Assembly: GCA_905178155.1 (NCBI GenBank)
Contig: CAJINV010000008.1
Span: forward strand, 2,533,762 to 2,597,761
Length of the DNA stretch: 64,000 nt
Source: Amoebophrya sp. A120
Lineage: Eukaryota; Protista; Dinoflagellata
Direction of reading: 5' to 3'
How positions within the stretch are numbered: the first letter of the stretch is position 1; each line of letters opens with the position of its first letter. Made by a program: the position numbers and the translations under genes. This document shows, in pieces, positions 1 to 12,654 of the stretch. The notes beneath the pieces were generated by a model that saw only the letters and a list, made by a program, of their open reading frames with translations, had not been told where the DNA came from and ran no database searches.

Positions 1-2269
1 CCTAGCCATGCGACTCAACAACATAACCGCCGCGCCTGCGGGGCTGTGCCTGTGGAGTTGCGCGTCCAGGTGCTGGGAGGTGTGGCGGGGAGAACGAAGC
101 CTTCATCTCACCGGCACAGCCATCGGCTGTGCCGGCGTCTGTGCAACTACAACAAGTCGCGTCGTAAATTCGTGCGAAAATAGTCAGCCCATCGGGCGCC
201 CCCCTGCCATCGGCGAGGGGGGTATGCGGGCGCGGGGTGCCCCTTCGTGGGTGTGTGTCAGCGTTAGCTTGATGCTGTGTGTGTGTAGTGTGTTATTCTG
301 GCCCTGGCCAGTGACAACGTCACTGACCCCGCGAGCATCGCCCTAGGATACCAGTAGCCTTGGCCTTCGGTGAGGCTGTAAGGAATTCCTGTCAAAGTGA
401 AACACGGCGCCCCTGCTCGCACGGCTTCATCAATGACAGGCGAGCGGCCCGCGTCCGTCTTAACATCTGGCGCTACATTGCGCCTTACGATGCTAAGCGC
501 AAAAACACGAACCGCCGGGGGGGCCTAAAAAAACCTGTATGTTTTAGCGAAACCGTCCACCACCAGGGGACACTGTAAAACTCCACTACAAAACCCGTAG
601 GATGCGCCACACTTCCACCTGGGCGAACGGCGCCCACCAGGACCTAGCAGACAGCGCAAGAAGCCTCGGCGACCCAAGAAAGTCCGAAACCTCCTTGTTA
701 GCACTGCTCACCTCGCACTCGTACGTACCGGAGAGCTGCACTTTCTATTACCACACGGCGCGACCAAGACCATCCGGGCCAAAAATCCCTGTGAAGCTAC
801 CAAGAGAATGTTCCCAAATAGGGACGCGGAGAGATCGTTGCGGACCCAAGGACCGCCCTCCCGAAAAAGCTAGCAACTCGGAAAAGCCGCCTCCTATTTC
901 CCTTCCACCAGAACAATTACCTAAGAGAAGGCCACGCGCCGGGTAATCAAAACCTTTTCCAGTATAGCAGCAAGGCGTCGCAACCCCCCGGCCACAAGTA
1001 CCGAGACACCACCTCACCGCAGCCCCCTCCCGGGACATCCCGTTCCCCCCTCTAGGGGAGCAAGGCCAGCAAAAGCAGCCGAAGACGCTGACCGCGACGT
1101 ATAGCCGAGAGCACCCAGGCCCTGCTGGCAGGGAGTGAATAATCCACCAAGGGGACGGACAAGACCCGCACAACAAGGACCGTCCGCGAGGTATCCGAGC
1201 GGCCGTTGCCTCCTAAAGAAAATCCTAAAGATGGCACTGCGGTGTACTCAGAGCACAACATGAGCTACCACTCATTACAAAATCCCCCTTCCCCGCTGGG
1301 AAGCACCCTCAATGGTGGAATGGCACTGCGGTGCACTCAGAGCACATGAGCTACCATTCATTAGAACGCGAAAACGACTTTAATCCATCACAAAGCAAAA
1401 TATCCAGCGAATCCTGCGGACTACGTCCGCGTTGGCTCCTTCCCCAACCCCACTCAGAGGGGCGGAAGACCAACAACTCCAGGCATTAGCTTCTAGGGAT
1501 CTGCCAGCCCATATACACAAACGGACGGGGGGAAACTCCCTCCAGTCACTCCACGAAAAGGATCTACCAGGGTGGATGTGTCTATAAAATGATATGGGAA
1601 CATCGGGACGTTTTCACTGAGCATAGCTGTCGTCCGAGTCGCCCTCCTCGCGCATTCCGTCCAGGAGTAGCAGACCCGCGCCAAGGGCACTCACCTCCGC
1701 CGTGTCCGTGCGTCGCAACGTGGCGCGGTTCGGGCTCTTCGCCGGCGTATATTGTGACTGGCGTCGGCTGCCGTGCAGTATGAGAGCGCATTTTTAAAAC
1801 TTCCCGCCTCCTCATTTATTGCATCTTGACATCTAGTACAGCCACAGCAGGAACAGAAGTTGCAGTAGCACAGCAGCTTCCGCATGACACATCTACATAT
1901 GGATTGTAGTGCTGCTTGGGGTGCCAGAAGTTGATGTGCACCCTCATATGCATCGAATTGCCGGCGGAAGGATACCTGTTTCGTCCAAGACGGCAAAAAA
2001 TTTTTGCGAGAGTTGCTCCTTATGCATTATCTGGGCCAGCAACCTCTGGGTCAGCAACGAGGAACTTTGTAGCGTATGTAGGCTTGATCATTTTCATTTC
2101 CACGTAAGACGATGCTCATCGATCGGATCATCGAGGAAGCTACGTACATGACAACACCAGCACAGCTCGTTCCTCAACACCTGGCTTCGGTCTACATGAT
2201 CCGCTATACAATAAAAAACGAAGTATCGTCTACGAAACGACCAAACCAAAAGCAACACGTTCTACTGCT

Positions 2270-5200
2270 CTATGCAAGTAAGTACATGCTCACAGCCGCG
2301 CTGCTTTGCGCCGACGACGCTAGCGACGTACACACATTTCCCGGCCGCACCGGCTGCGCCACGCCCGCAATGGAAGCCGACGACGGCTTCCGCGAACGTA
2401 CCTCTGCCTCTCCAAACTGCACGGCCAGTGCGTTCTTCTTCTTCGTGCCCTCTGCGGAAGTTGGGCTGCCTGTAGTTCAGTGGTGCAGGAGAACAAGAAT
2501 TCTTGGACCACGTCGATTAAGTGAAAATAGAAAACCTCTCCATACAACTTACTGCCTTCAACACCAAGCTACATTTCAGGATGCGGACAGACTGTACACG
2601 TGGGGCATGCTGAGCGCTCGACGGCTTTGCGCTCCTAGTACTTGTGGCAGAAAAAAAAAAGTATACCGAATTTTAAACTCTATGAATTCCACCATTTTGA
2701 TTCTACCATTTGGCTGGTCTCCCGCGGCACCCAGCCCCTGCGCCCCCTGCGCCTCCAACGACATGGCCTGCGCCACGGTCAGTTCCGCGCGGTCGGTGGC
2801 CATACCGGTCTTCAAGGACATCGTGGCCTGCACGCCGTCGTCGGCCTCGTTTGGGGGCGTCGCGTGCGCGGACCGCGAGGGTGACATTACCCGACTCTCA
2901 AATGGCGAGGCAGCGATCGAAGCGGCAATGGAAGCCGCGATGTTGGGGGAGTTACGCGCACTGAACTCCTGCAGCAGGTCATCGCACGGAAAAACTTGTA
3001 TGGCGGAAGTTCCTTGTTGAAGACACAGTTTTCTGTCATGCTCGACTACATGCTGACAGAGATGACCAGCGCGACCCCTATTCAAGTATCATTCGTCGTC
3101 TTCGTTTTCCTTTAACTTTGCTTGTTTTGTTTCTGCTTGCTTTACACACGTCAAATCATGACGCAATAACGTCAGAGGTTTCTCACAGGTGGCGCCCTGT
3201 CTACTTACTAAAAATGCACGTTGTTTGTGCTGCTGTTAGGGTCGGTGTGCAAAGGTAGAGTTATTAGTATTACACAACCAGTACAGTTTTTTCCTGTCGG
3301 ATACTCGTTGAACCGCTCCAAGTCGATTGGTGCGCCGAGTGTGGCGCTCTAAAGCGTTGCATTGACAGCGGTTACACGAATAATAATTTGTGACGCAAGA
3401 TCAATGTGAATAGCAAAAGCGAGAGTGGGAAGTCTGCGCGTTTTGCAATTGCATGTACAAATTACGGATTGCCATGCTGCTTGGGGGCGCTTTGAGAATT
3501 TTTCACACGCAGTAGCATGATCGTGTGAGCGTGGAATGGAGACTAACACTAAAGGTGACCGATTTTGCATGACAAATCGTGTGGCAAGCAACCTATGTCA
3601 CGCTTGCAAACGTCATACCGAGCACCGACCCCTTGCGGATCTGGTTCCAGAGGAGCGCCTCATGCAGCGCGTTCGCTGCGATGGGCTTCTTTTCGTCCGG
3701 CTCCTCGTCGGCATTTTGAAAATCCGGCGCCGTCTCGTCCACAACCACCGACGTTGCCTGGATGATGGTCCCGTCCGGCGACAGGGCCATACCGGGCGCC
3801 AGACCCGGAAGTCCGCCGGAGAAGGACTTCGCCCGCGGCCGTTTCCGGTCCATCTCGGCCGGGTTCAGCAGTTTCGACGCCGGGTTCCGCTGGAAGGTGG
3901 ACGTTTCGACGGTGGACTTTTTCGAAAGCTGAAACTGCCGGAAACCGTTGCCGTTGGTTCCCGAAGAACTACCCATCGCCTTGCCGTCCTGCTGCGCTGT
4001 CCTCGTGGCCGCGCCGCCACTCTTGCTCGGAAAAGAATTGTCCGCGGCTAACGTGCCGATTGATGTTGTAAGTCCCCCGCCGGGGCTCCGCGGCACGATA
4101 TTGTTTCCTCCGTGCTTATTTTCAGCTTGTTGGGATGATGGAATACTACTATTTCTCGGACTGCCCGTCACAATCGCATCGGAGCTGTTGCTTTTTTTGA
4201 TGCTGCGCCGCCGGCTTTCGTGCAAATCGTTCGTGGTAATCGCAGATGGTCGTTTTCTCGAGACTTCCTGCCACTTGTCTTCGATGATACTCTTCCGCCG
4301 CTGTTCGCTTGCATCTTTCTGCTTCTGCTCCTCGTCTTTATTTGTCGAAGGGGGTGCTGAGTGAGAGGTCTCTTCGTCTTTCTGATCATTTTCCACCACG
4401 ACGAGGCTGTTCTGCCCTTGCGGTTCTTTCGACGTAAAGTCCTCTGACTGCTCTACCCCTGTTCTTGGGGCAGTAGTTTTCTTTTCGGTCGTAGTATCTA
4501 CGCTTTCCGCCGAAGTAACGGTGCAGCTTGCGCCACCGTTCTTGTGGGCCATCTTGGCACCAACAACAATTACCTGCGTGTCAACCGGCGTTAGGGGCCG
4601 TGACCGCTCTTTCTCCTCGCTCCCTTCGACTGCTGCAGACACCGCATTAGTACTCAAAGCAGGTGGCGATGCTGTATACTCAGGGAAAAACTGTGATACA
4701 GAAAAAAATTTGAAATTTTGTGTCGCCGAAAAGAGCAGCATTTGGGCGCGGCTACTGACACAACTTGCAGTTGCAGATATGCCGCAAGTGGCGCCGAGAA
4801 CAGGTAAGTAGGTGGTCAAGGTGATGAGTGTGGTCGTTTTCCGGCTGCAGCGATAGCAGCCGCGGCAGGTGGTGGCTTAGATTCCGGGACCACTGCGCGG
4901 AGCCGGCGTGGTCGCTTCTAGATGACCTTGCTTCTATGATTTTAGAATGCATTTCATTGATTTTGATAATAGGTTAACTAGCTAGCTGGCTAAAGTAGTT
5001 TAGCAATAGATAAATGCCTGAAATGCAACTATTTTAGCACGCAACTAAGGGAGTTTTCAACTAGCCGGATGAGGAGGCATCGGAAGCCCAAAAATGCTGC
5101 ATATTCGCGTATACAGGTCGGTACTAGGGTAGGAAGTGCCCTTGTTGCACCATAGATGGTGCAACATGGGCACTAAGGGGCTGCTATAGGACGGTGCTGG

Positions 5201-8200
5201 CTCCAGATCTGATGCCGATATTCGACGCCACCAGCTGCTTGGGACTATCTAAACCGACTCCCTTAGTTAGGAGCTAGAATAGTTGCATTTCAGGCAGATT
5301 AGTAGCTATATTCTACGCTTTAACTAGTTCAAAATAGCGCATTCCGTATGATATTATCTATAGTATTTTGCGGTAGCTACGTCAATGATTTTACTAAGCA
5401 AAAACTCACCGCGGCGTTGGACCAGAGGATCATGTCGCAGCCAAAACGCACAGGTACCGCCGCCGCCCCGGTCATCGTCAGCGCCGCTTTTCGTCTTCCG
5501 AAGACGACACCTAGCTGACAACTTTGCGAGGATGCTTTGTCATCCAAATGCAAATTACTTTACTCGCATCCCCACCGTTGGTTCGAGTCAAAATTTCAAA
5601 TTTTTTTCTGTATCACAGTTTTTCTCTGAGTACTGTATAATTGGTATTCATATGGTTCTTAGACGCACTCTGCACCCAGGAGGATGCTGACCCCACAGCT
5701 TCTGCTTCGACCACGTTTTCGCTCTGCAGACCGCCGCGAGTTGTAGTGTCATCTTCTTCCGAAGTTCCTCGCGGCACCGCTGGCAGACTCGTTGCATTGG
5801 TCTCAGAGTTGTTCGCGGTAGAGTTCTCGCTTCCATCCTTGATGTTCAAGCCTTGCGCTTCTAGTTCGCCTGCAGTACTTTCATGTGCACCATCCATTCG
5901 GTCCCCTGCCAGAGCAGTCCCGGAGGTGTTCGCGATAGACGTTGACTATCAAATGTAAAAATGTCTGAGTCTGGAAACTTGTGATGCTGGGTGGCGTCTC
6001 ATGATGAGGCCACAAATGCTGGCTCAGCATCACAAGTTTCTGAGCTTCTAGGTTTTGCCTATTCTGCATGAAAAACTGCGTTTCTGCATCACAGAAAAAT
6101 GGAGCTCTTGGATAACGTGGTCCATGACAGATTTATGAGTCATCCCAGACAAGCATGACAAACATGCACTCTTCCAGACCCAGACACTTTTACATTTGAT
6201 ATTGACTTCAGGCTGACAATGTCGCGCAGGCCCGTAACGGAGGTTGCGGTTGCGGCTTTCATCCCTTGATGCTGTTGTATACTAGAAGAACAATAATTCT
6301 TGACGTGCCCTGCTCCAGAAACTGCTGCAGCCCGTGAAGATCCGTGCGACGATCCTGCTGCTACAAACTGCCCGTCCTGGTCGACTTGTTCCAGCAAGGT
6401 CTTCATGCCCAGGTGCCCTCCTTCCCCGCGCTCCAAATCCTTGGAAATCGCTCGAATATCCGTGGGCGGCGCAGATCCTCGCAACCCGTCTGCCCGACTC
6501 CCGCTCCTGCCGCCGGACGCTGCGGGTTCTTGCTGGCATCCTTTCTTCACAGCCATTCTCATACTTTCGTCGTACAGATGAAACTGGGCAGCAGTGCCTG
6601 TAAAAACTCCTGCTCTGATCGCGGCCAGCAACTGCAGACAATTCTCCGCAAAGGGTCTGGACGAAAAAAGCACGGCGACTGCGTCGAGCAGAAGCCCGCC
6701 GTAGTCACCCGCTGCAAGGATGAAAAAGAGCAGCAGGACCGGGTAGCGCAGGAATCGCGATTTGGCTACCAGAAACAAATGCTGCGACGTTTGCTGGTCG
6801 TCCGATGATATGACAGCAGCAAGTGCAGCGGCGCTGCTCGTATTTGATGAAAAAGCGGCTTCTAGAGCTCCATCGCCACTTTCGTTCGACGTGGTCCCTG
6901 TCAGACGCGCGGGTGCGGGTCTACTAGCGCCGTACACTTGCAGCATGAAGACCAGCAGCAAAACACCGGTCTTTTCCCGCATGCCGGAAGTCCACAGGCT
7001 TCCCATGGCGACGGCTTGTACGAGCAGCAAGAGTCCAGTAGAAGAAGGTGGCGAGTTGTGCAGCCTTGACGGTATAGCCACACCATCATGCTCGAAGACG
7101 AAGTTCTTACCGACGGCAGTCCGGGAAAAAAATAAGCCATCAACAAGGGCTATCAGCGCGGTCGAGACGAGCGTGATGGTTGAAATACGAGTCACAAAAC
7201 CTTGCTTCTCTTCCGGCGTTGCGAGCTCCAGCAGCAACCAGAGGTGGTACGTCAGGATGGAACTCAAAAGCAAACCGTTTCCGAGCAGTACGGGAGGAGC
7301 CGGCTTGTTGGATAGCCACAGCGACACGGCTGCATCTGACTCCATCATGCGGCTCGCTGGCGATTCTATGGAGCTGCTTGTCAAATTGGCTGTACTTGAT
7401 GTAGTCCCGGTTGGTGCGACGACTGTGAATAGTCTGCTCTCGTCCTTCGCGCTCTCCGGCACACTCTGTTTGCCGCTGTTTCCGCATCCGCTCCTTTTTT
7501 TTAAAAAGAGAGACCGGAGGAGCATGCTCAAGTCAGTAGCCAGCGACCCGGCCCTCTGCATCACGCGGAAAATGTTGGCGCAGAACACGCAGACTGCAAC
7601 CACGGCACTCTTTTCAATCGCCGTCGCTGATGTGCTACTCGAGAAGGCGCTCTGAAGCACGAGCGCCGTCGAGAAAAATACCGCCGGTAGGTATGCGGCA
7701 ATTGCGAACAGCTGTAGGAGATGAAGGATTGCGGATCGGTTTTTTTGTTGATGTTCTCGCGGCACCGCGCAACATTCAACCAAGTCCCCTCGTGGCAATA
7801 CTAAGTGGAAAAATGTCTGCAGCAAAAAAAATCAAAATTTTTGATAGTGCAGTTTCTGTTCTTCTCTTCTCGCCCGGACTGCAGCCCGCTTGCGAGCGCC
7901 GTGGACTCCGTGCTGGGGAACTTGACCGAGGTGCTGCGCTCCATTCCTGCGTCGTTTGTTCGAAGACCCCGCGCGAGGTGCAATTCTAGTCCAAAAAAAG
8001 TGGCCTCGGAGAAGGTCGACTCGGGGATGAGCTCAAATTGCAGGCTTTTGCCTGCGCATTGAGCTCGATACAGGTCGGACCCTGCGAAAAGGGCGGCCGC
8101 AATTTGTCGCCCCGGAGGTCCTCGACTCGGGACGACTCCGAAGAGGTGTCCGAGGACGCCTCATCTGGAGGCCAATCTCGGAGGTGCAGACGTTTTCCGG

Positions 8201-9610
8201 AGCGCAGACAAACACGACCTATGAGCCCCACTTTCCCCCCCCCCTTCCGGAAAACGTCTGCACCTCCACTCGGGGACCTCAGTGGCCGAGGTGCAGACGT
8301 TTTCCGGAAAGCCACGTTTTGCATCACAAATCTGAACCCTCACAGCACGGCATGCTGCTGATGCAGGGGTTCAGATTTGTGCTTCGGGCCACAAAGTTGA
8401 CCCAAGACGTGGCGCAAAAAGTGGCAATGTGTAATTCCACATGGCGGCCTGTGCCTTCGCGCAACAGGTGCAGGGGGGCACACGCCCAAGAGCCTGAGAG
8501 AGTCAGCCCGCACGCCGGGCATCAAGATTTTTTTCGTTCTATACGATTGAGCACGATAACAAACACCCAAGAAAAAGCCTCGCTCTGTAGTGTGTCAAAA
8601 ACAACATTTTGATTTATCCAGGAAAAAAACTGTGTAAGTGTAACTTTGTAGGCAGGGCAGCATCAAAAATTCGTTTTGCACTTACAGAAACACCCTGTCA
8701 AGCGCACTTAATACGTGAAACAAGTATGCAGCATGGCTATGTAGCAGATCCAGCATGACAAGTGTAACTGTGTTGCATTTTCTGCATCACAGATTTACAC
8801 TTACACAGTTTTTCTCTTGAATATGATTTTTTTAGCTGCAGACATTATTCGACTTAGTAGGCACCGCGCAACATTCAACCAACTCCCCGATCGGAAACAG
8901 AAAGGCTGCAACAGTCCCGATCAGCACTGCTGCTTCACCAAAAATCGACGCTGCTACGGCCAGAACGGTCGCCTGATTTGTTAATGATGAACTCTCAATC
9001 AGAGGAAGATTTGATGCCTGAACTAGAACTTCTCATGCAGCTGATGTTGCTGGTTGCATCCAACAGCGAATCTGCTACAGCAAGAACAGAGACAATAATT
9101 TTAATTCATGTTGAAGTAGCGTCAGACGGAAAAAAATGCAGGAGCCAGTGGTCGACCTCGACTGCCTCGACCTATGCGCCTCAAACATGTGCTCGCTCTG
9201 CTTCTTACCGCGAGAAGCAGCAGACTTGGCACCGCTCGAGGATACACCGCACTCGCCGCTTCCCCAGGAAATTCATCATGCGCGGACGTTGCGCGGATCC
9301 GTGAGAGAGCAAGAACTATACCGCCGCCCAGTAGCGCCAAAGGGGCAGCGAACCAAGCGATCACATCACGCGGTTGGTGCCCGTTATCTCCAGTGAGTAC
9401 TCGTAGGCCGGTAGTTAGCACTGCAGCAGCCGCGAACAAGAGGTGCAGCGAAAGAAAGGAGAGTGCCCGCCGTTTGTGGTGCCGTGTCGCTCCGTCGAGC
9501 TCCGAAGATTCTTGTAGTCTTCGCCCTTCTTCATGGTGCGCTGCGGGAGCCATGTTACGTGTCTGGCTGTGTTCGCCCCACGAATCGGCTTTGCCTTGCG
9601 TTGCTGCCAT
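2270..9610 (-). CDS. Multi-exon hypothetical membrane protein (hydrophobic N-terminal half, Ser/Thr/Gly-rich C-terminal half)
   Basis: ORFs 6140-7825, 5613-5897 and 3593-4819 join in frame once the TIR elements plus one TSD are removed: ...GELVECCAVP|RGDLVECC (7799-8859), SLKS|TSIANTSG (5947-6201), NYT|ASPPAL (4677-5632). Weaker in-frame joins extend the gene to ~2270, possibly ~1626. The link to the 9122-9628 exon and both ends are uncertain. Confidence 0.6.
2980..3303. mobile_element. Eroded TIR introner (family C-like)
   Basis: Ends CATCGCACGGAAAAACTTGTA / rc TATCCGACAGGAAAAAACTGTA; flanks CAGGT/CTCGT; removal is in frame with LQEFSARN. Confidence 0.5.
4677..5632. mobile_element. Large (956 bp) TIR introner, family E
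   Basis: ~42-bp TIR TACTCAG(G/A)GAAAAACTGTGATACAGAAAAAAATTTGAAATTTT; perfect TSD CTGTA (4672-4676, 5633-5637); removal restores the frame. Confidence 0.92.
5947..6201. mobile_element. TIR introner, family A
   Basis: TIR TATCAAATGTAAAA(A/G)TGTCTG(A/G)GTCTGGAA; perfect TSD TTGAC; homologous to 39222-39476, 62643-62895 and 63776-64000. Confidence 0.95.
7799..8859. mobile_element. Large (1061 bp) TIR introner, family D, containing a nested element
   Basis: TIR TACTAAGT(G/C)GAA(A/T)AATGTCTGCAGC.AAAAAAATCAAAAT; flanks GGCAA/GGCAC; removal restores the frame. Confidence 0.85.
8615..8823. mobile_element. TIR element, family C, nested in the right TIR of 7799-8859
   Basis: Left TATCCAGGAAAAAAACTGTGTAAGTGTAA, right TTACACTTACACAGTTTTTCTCTTGAATA; perfect TSD TGATT. 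Confidence 0.9.
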
Positions 9611-10443
9611 ACTTGCAGTTGCAGCCACCGCAGCTGCTGGACGCAGTAAGAATGCTCTTCCTGCTGCACTCCTCGCAGTCTTTAAATACTTAGGTCAGTC
9701 GTGTCCCAGTTCCACTAGCTGCTAACCCTGCACACAACTCTACGAACGCAACGAACGTCCCTCGCTCGTAATCAGAAATAACGCTGCAGTAAGAACCCGA
9801 CAGTGCTTCGATTTCGTATCAGAAACCTGCGGCTAAACCGTGCGCACCAAAACCCTGGTGGCTGCGCGCGGTGGACTCTCGTTAATCATGGAACGGCGAC
9901 TTTTTTGCGCAGCGCAGGACACAGTGTCTTTTCTGCCACGAAAACTCCCTCTGCATCCGCACTCAAAGTCAACAGGAGGACGAGGAGCGCGAGTGCAGCT
10001 CAGCGCATTACTTAAGTAGCTTTATGAGATTGAGAACACGACGAGCCACGAAAAAAACTTACTGCACCGGATTCGTTTTCGCTTGCTAGCGAACTTTATG
10101 ACATAGATGCAGCGCCGACATCGAGTGCCTGCATGTGCATGCGGTGCCGCTTGATTTCGAAAAGCAATATATTGCAATGTAAAATCAAACATGAAGTTTA
10201 GGTAGATCACTGTAGCCGGAGCGAACTGCCGGAGCGAAAAGCAATATACGACTAACATGATACGCATAACGAAAAAATGTCAAAGTCGTGCGCTCTTGTT
10301 CAAGACATTCAGTTTTCCGTATATGACGTCAGTTGTTCCATGTGGAAGTCATCATCCAGCACTACACTCACTCAGTTCCTCATCTTCCAGGCTGGCGTGG
10401 GCGGCGAGCCACTACTAACTTTCCTCCGTATTATCTTTTCCCC

Positions 10444-12654
10444 TCACTTCTTCTTTTCCGGCAAACTCTCCGGCTTCTTCGTTTTGATCTTCGCCGGCGG
10501 CGCCTTCAGTGTGTTCGGTGCGTCCTCGAAGGTCGCGAACTCCCTGGCCTTGCACAGTCGCTGCACGCGTTCCTCCGCGGTTCCGCCACACTTCAGCCCC
10601 ACGGCGGAAAGCCAGGATTTCGTGTCTGCGTCGGAGACCGCACTCTTTAAACTTTCCTCGTCCGGAAACTTGTCCTTGGAAACCAGGTGGTTGACCAGCT
10701 TCTCCCATGTCACGTCCGCCGCCTGCTTGCAGAACATCGACGACAAGGAGGCCTTCGGAAGATCTAGTGCCTGGTCTGCCGGATGTGGTGCTGTAGTAGC
10801 ACCAGCTGTTGTGCCAACTGTGGAGGTGCCGGAGGAGCCCCCTGCTGTTTCGTCCGTGTCGTTCTTCTTGTCGTCCTCCTCGACCACGTCAGCAACTGCA
10901 GAGGAGCGGGCCGCCGCAGGATCAACATTCATCGCGGTCGTGCTGCTGTCCAAAGCCGAAAGCTTGTCGGCTAAAGAAGCACTGCTGGTGCCCTTTGTGT
11001 TCTTCCCACCTAAGCCAGTCTTTCCTTTCCCTTTCGCAGGAGCACCCTTGATGTTACTTCCGACAGCCGCCGCCACGCTACTCGTAGAAGTACTACTATG
11101 CAGTAGAAATATAATGTCCTCTGGGCCTGAAAATCTGTTCTTGCACATTCTAGATGGTGCAATAATCTGTATTGCACGAGGAGCGAGAGCGACGAGCCAG
11201 TTTGTGCCACGCGGGGAGACCTACGCAATTTATCAACATACAGGCTAGACACAAAGACGTCATCACGAAGTAGTAACCTGTACGTGATCATGCTACAGCT
11301 GCATACACGATACACCCCACGGCTCACGAACGCGGGCTCTGCAAGAAAATCTACATATCAAACATCGGCATTGAAGGTCCAGACCCCGGCGAGGACAGCA
11401 CACTTCTGATGCATAACTGCTGCCGTGCGCCAACTCCACCCGCACCGGGCGATTCTTGATATTCTGCCCAGACTTCAGCAGTGCCTTCTGCACGGCGCCT
11501 TCGTGCGTAAACTCCACCACGGCGAAGCCCGCCGGCTTCCCATTCGCGTTGCGCGCGATCCGGACGGCTGCAATTTCGCCGACCCCGGCAAACAGTTCCC
11601 CGAGGTTCGCTTCACTCGCCGCAAAAGCGAGATTTTTCACCACGACGGACGGCTTGTTCAACACCGAAGATGTCGTTGTCCCGCCAGGGTTCGTAGTTGC
11701 TCCACCACTTGTCGACAAAGGTGCACCAGCGGCCACGCCGCCGGTCGTAGAAGCAGAAGATGAACCAGCACTGGCATTGTCGTGGTGCGCGAAGAAATCT
11801 CGCACATACATCTTCATGCCGAACTGCTCCGTGCTGTTCAGCTTCAAGCACTTCTCGAACTCCTCCTTTGAACCGACCACCAACTTCGCACTGCCCTTCG
11901 ACTTCCCCGCAGGGGTCTTGTACAAAGACAAGAACTTCACCGCACAACCCTGCTCGGTCTCGAAGAAATGTTGCAGCTGCGCCTCGTCCACCGTGTACAG
12001 AATGTTGCACACGTACAGTGTGTTGTGGTCTTTATTTGTCGCAGAAGAAGTTGTAGTACTTGCTGAGGTCGTTGTAGGCACTCCATGACCCTCACCTTTG
12101 GACGTGGTATGGTGTTCCCGGCGCTGGTTCGTCGGTGCGGCTGCGGTCTGAAGGAGGTCGTTTTGATGGCCCACTTTAGTGCTCGCAGCCGACAAACTGG
12201 TTAAGGTGCGCATCATATCCAGCTTGGCCCGTTTCGCCGGCGGCTCCGCGGCTGGCGCCACTGCGCTCATCTCCGAGTTCGGCGCTGTGCCAGCTGTAGA
12301 CGGCCCGTTTGCGGTCGCGGAACTCGTCCCGTTAGCTACGGCACCAGAAGTGGTCGCAGTTGTAGTACCACCGCCGTTCGCTAGTGCCGCTCCAAACGGA
12401 AGCTTGGCGCTGCTATTGGTTGCTGACCGCGGAGTGATGCTGTTCGTTGCCAGCGCCATGGCCTGGTCGGGAAAATTCACCTCCTTCAACAGATCCTTCA
12501 ACTTTGCGAGAAAAACATCTTGTTCCGACCCCGCTTGGCGGAAGAGCACCGGGAACGCGCGAACCAACACATTTCCGTCCGTACAGTTCTCCACGGCGTT
12601 GAGAAAGGAGTCGCGAGTCGTCGAGGCGACCGGTTGTGACACAGGAGGCGCCAT
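10444..12654 (-). CDS. RNA-binding protein with two RRM domains and a C-terminal Sde2/SF3A3-type SAP-like domain
   Basis: RRM1 TLYVCNILY...SKGSAKL; RRM2 SVVVKNLAF...PAGFAVVEF; C-terminal motif LSAVGLKCGGTAEERVQRL. The two ORFs join in frame (HGSS|TSTSS) after removing 11097-11415. Confidence 0.8.
11097..11415. mobile_element. Eroded TIR introner
   Basis: TATGCAGTAGAAATATAATGTCCTC vs rc TATGCATCAGAAGTGTGCTGTCCTC; flanks ACTAC/ACTGC. Confidence 0.75.

Noticed and set aside
8181-8308. CRISPR-like repeat/spacer appearance
   Set aside because: Only three copies, alternating orientation, eukaryotic context and no cas genes.
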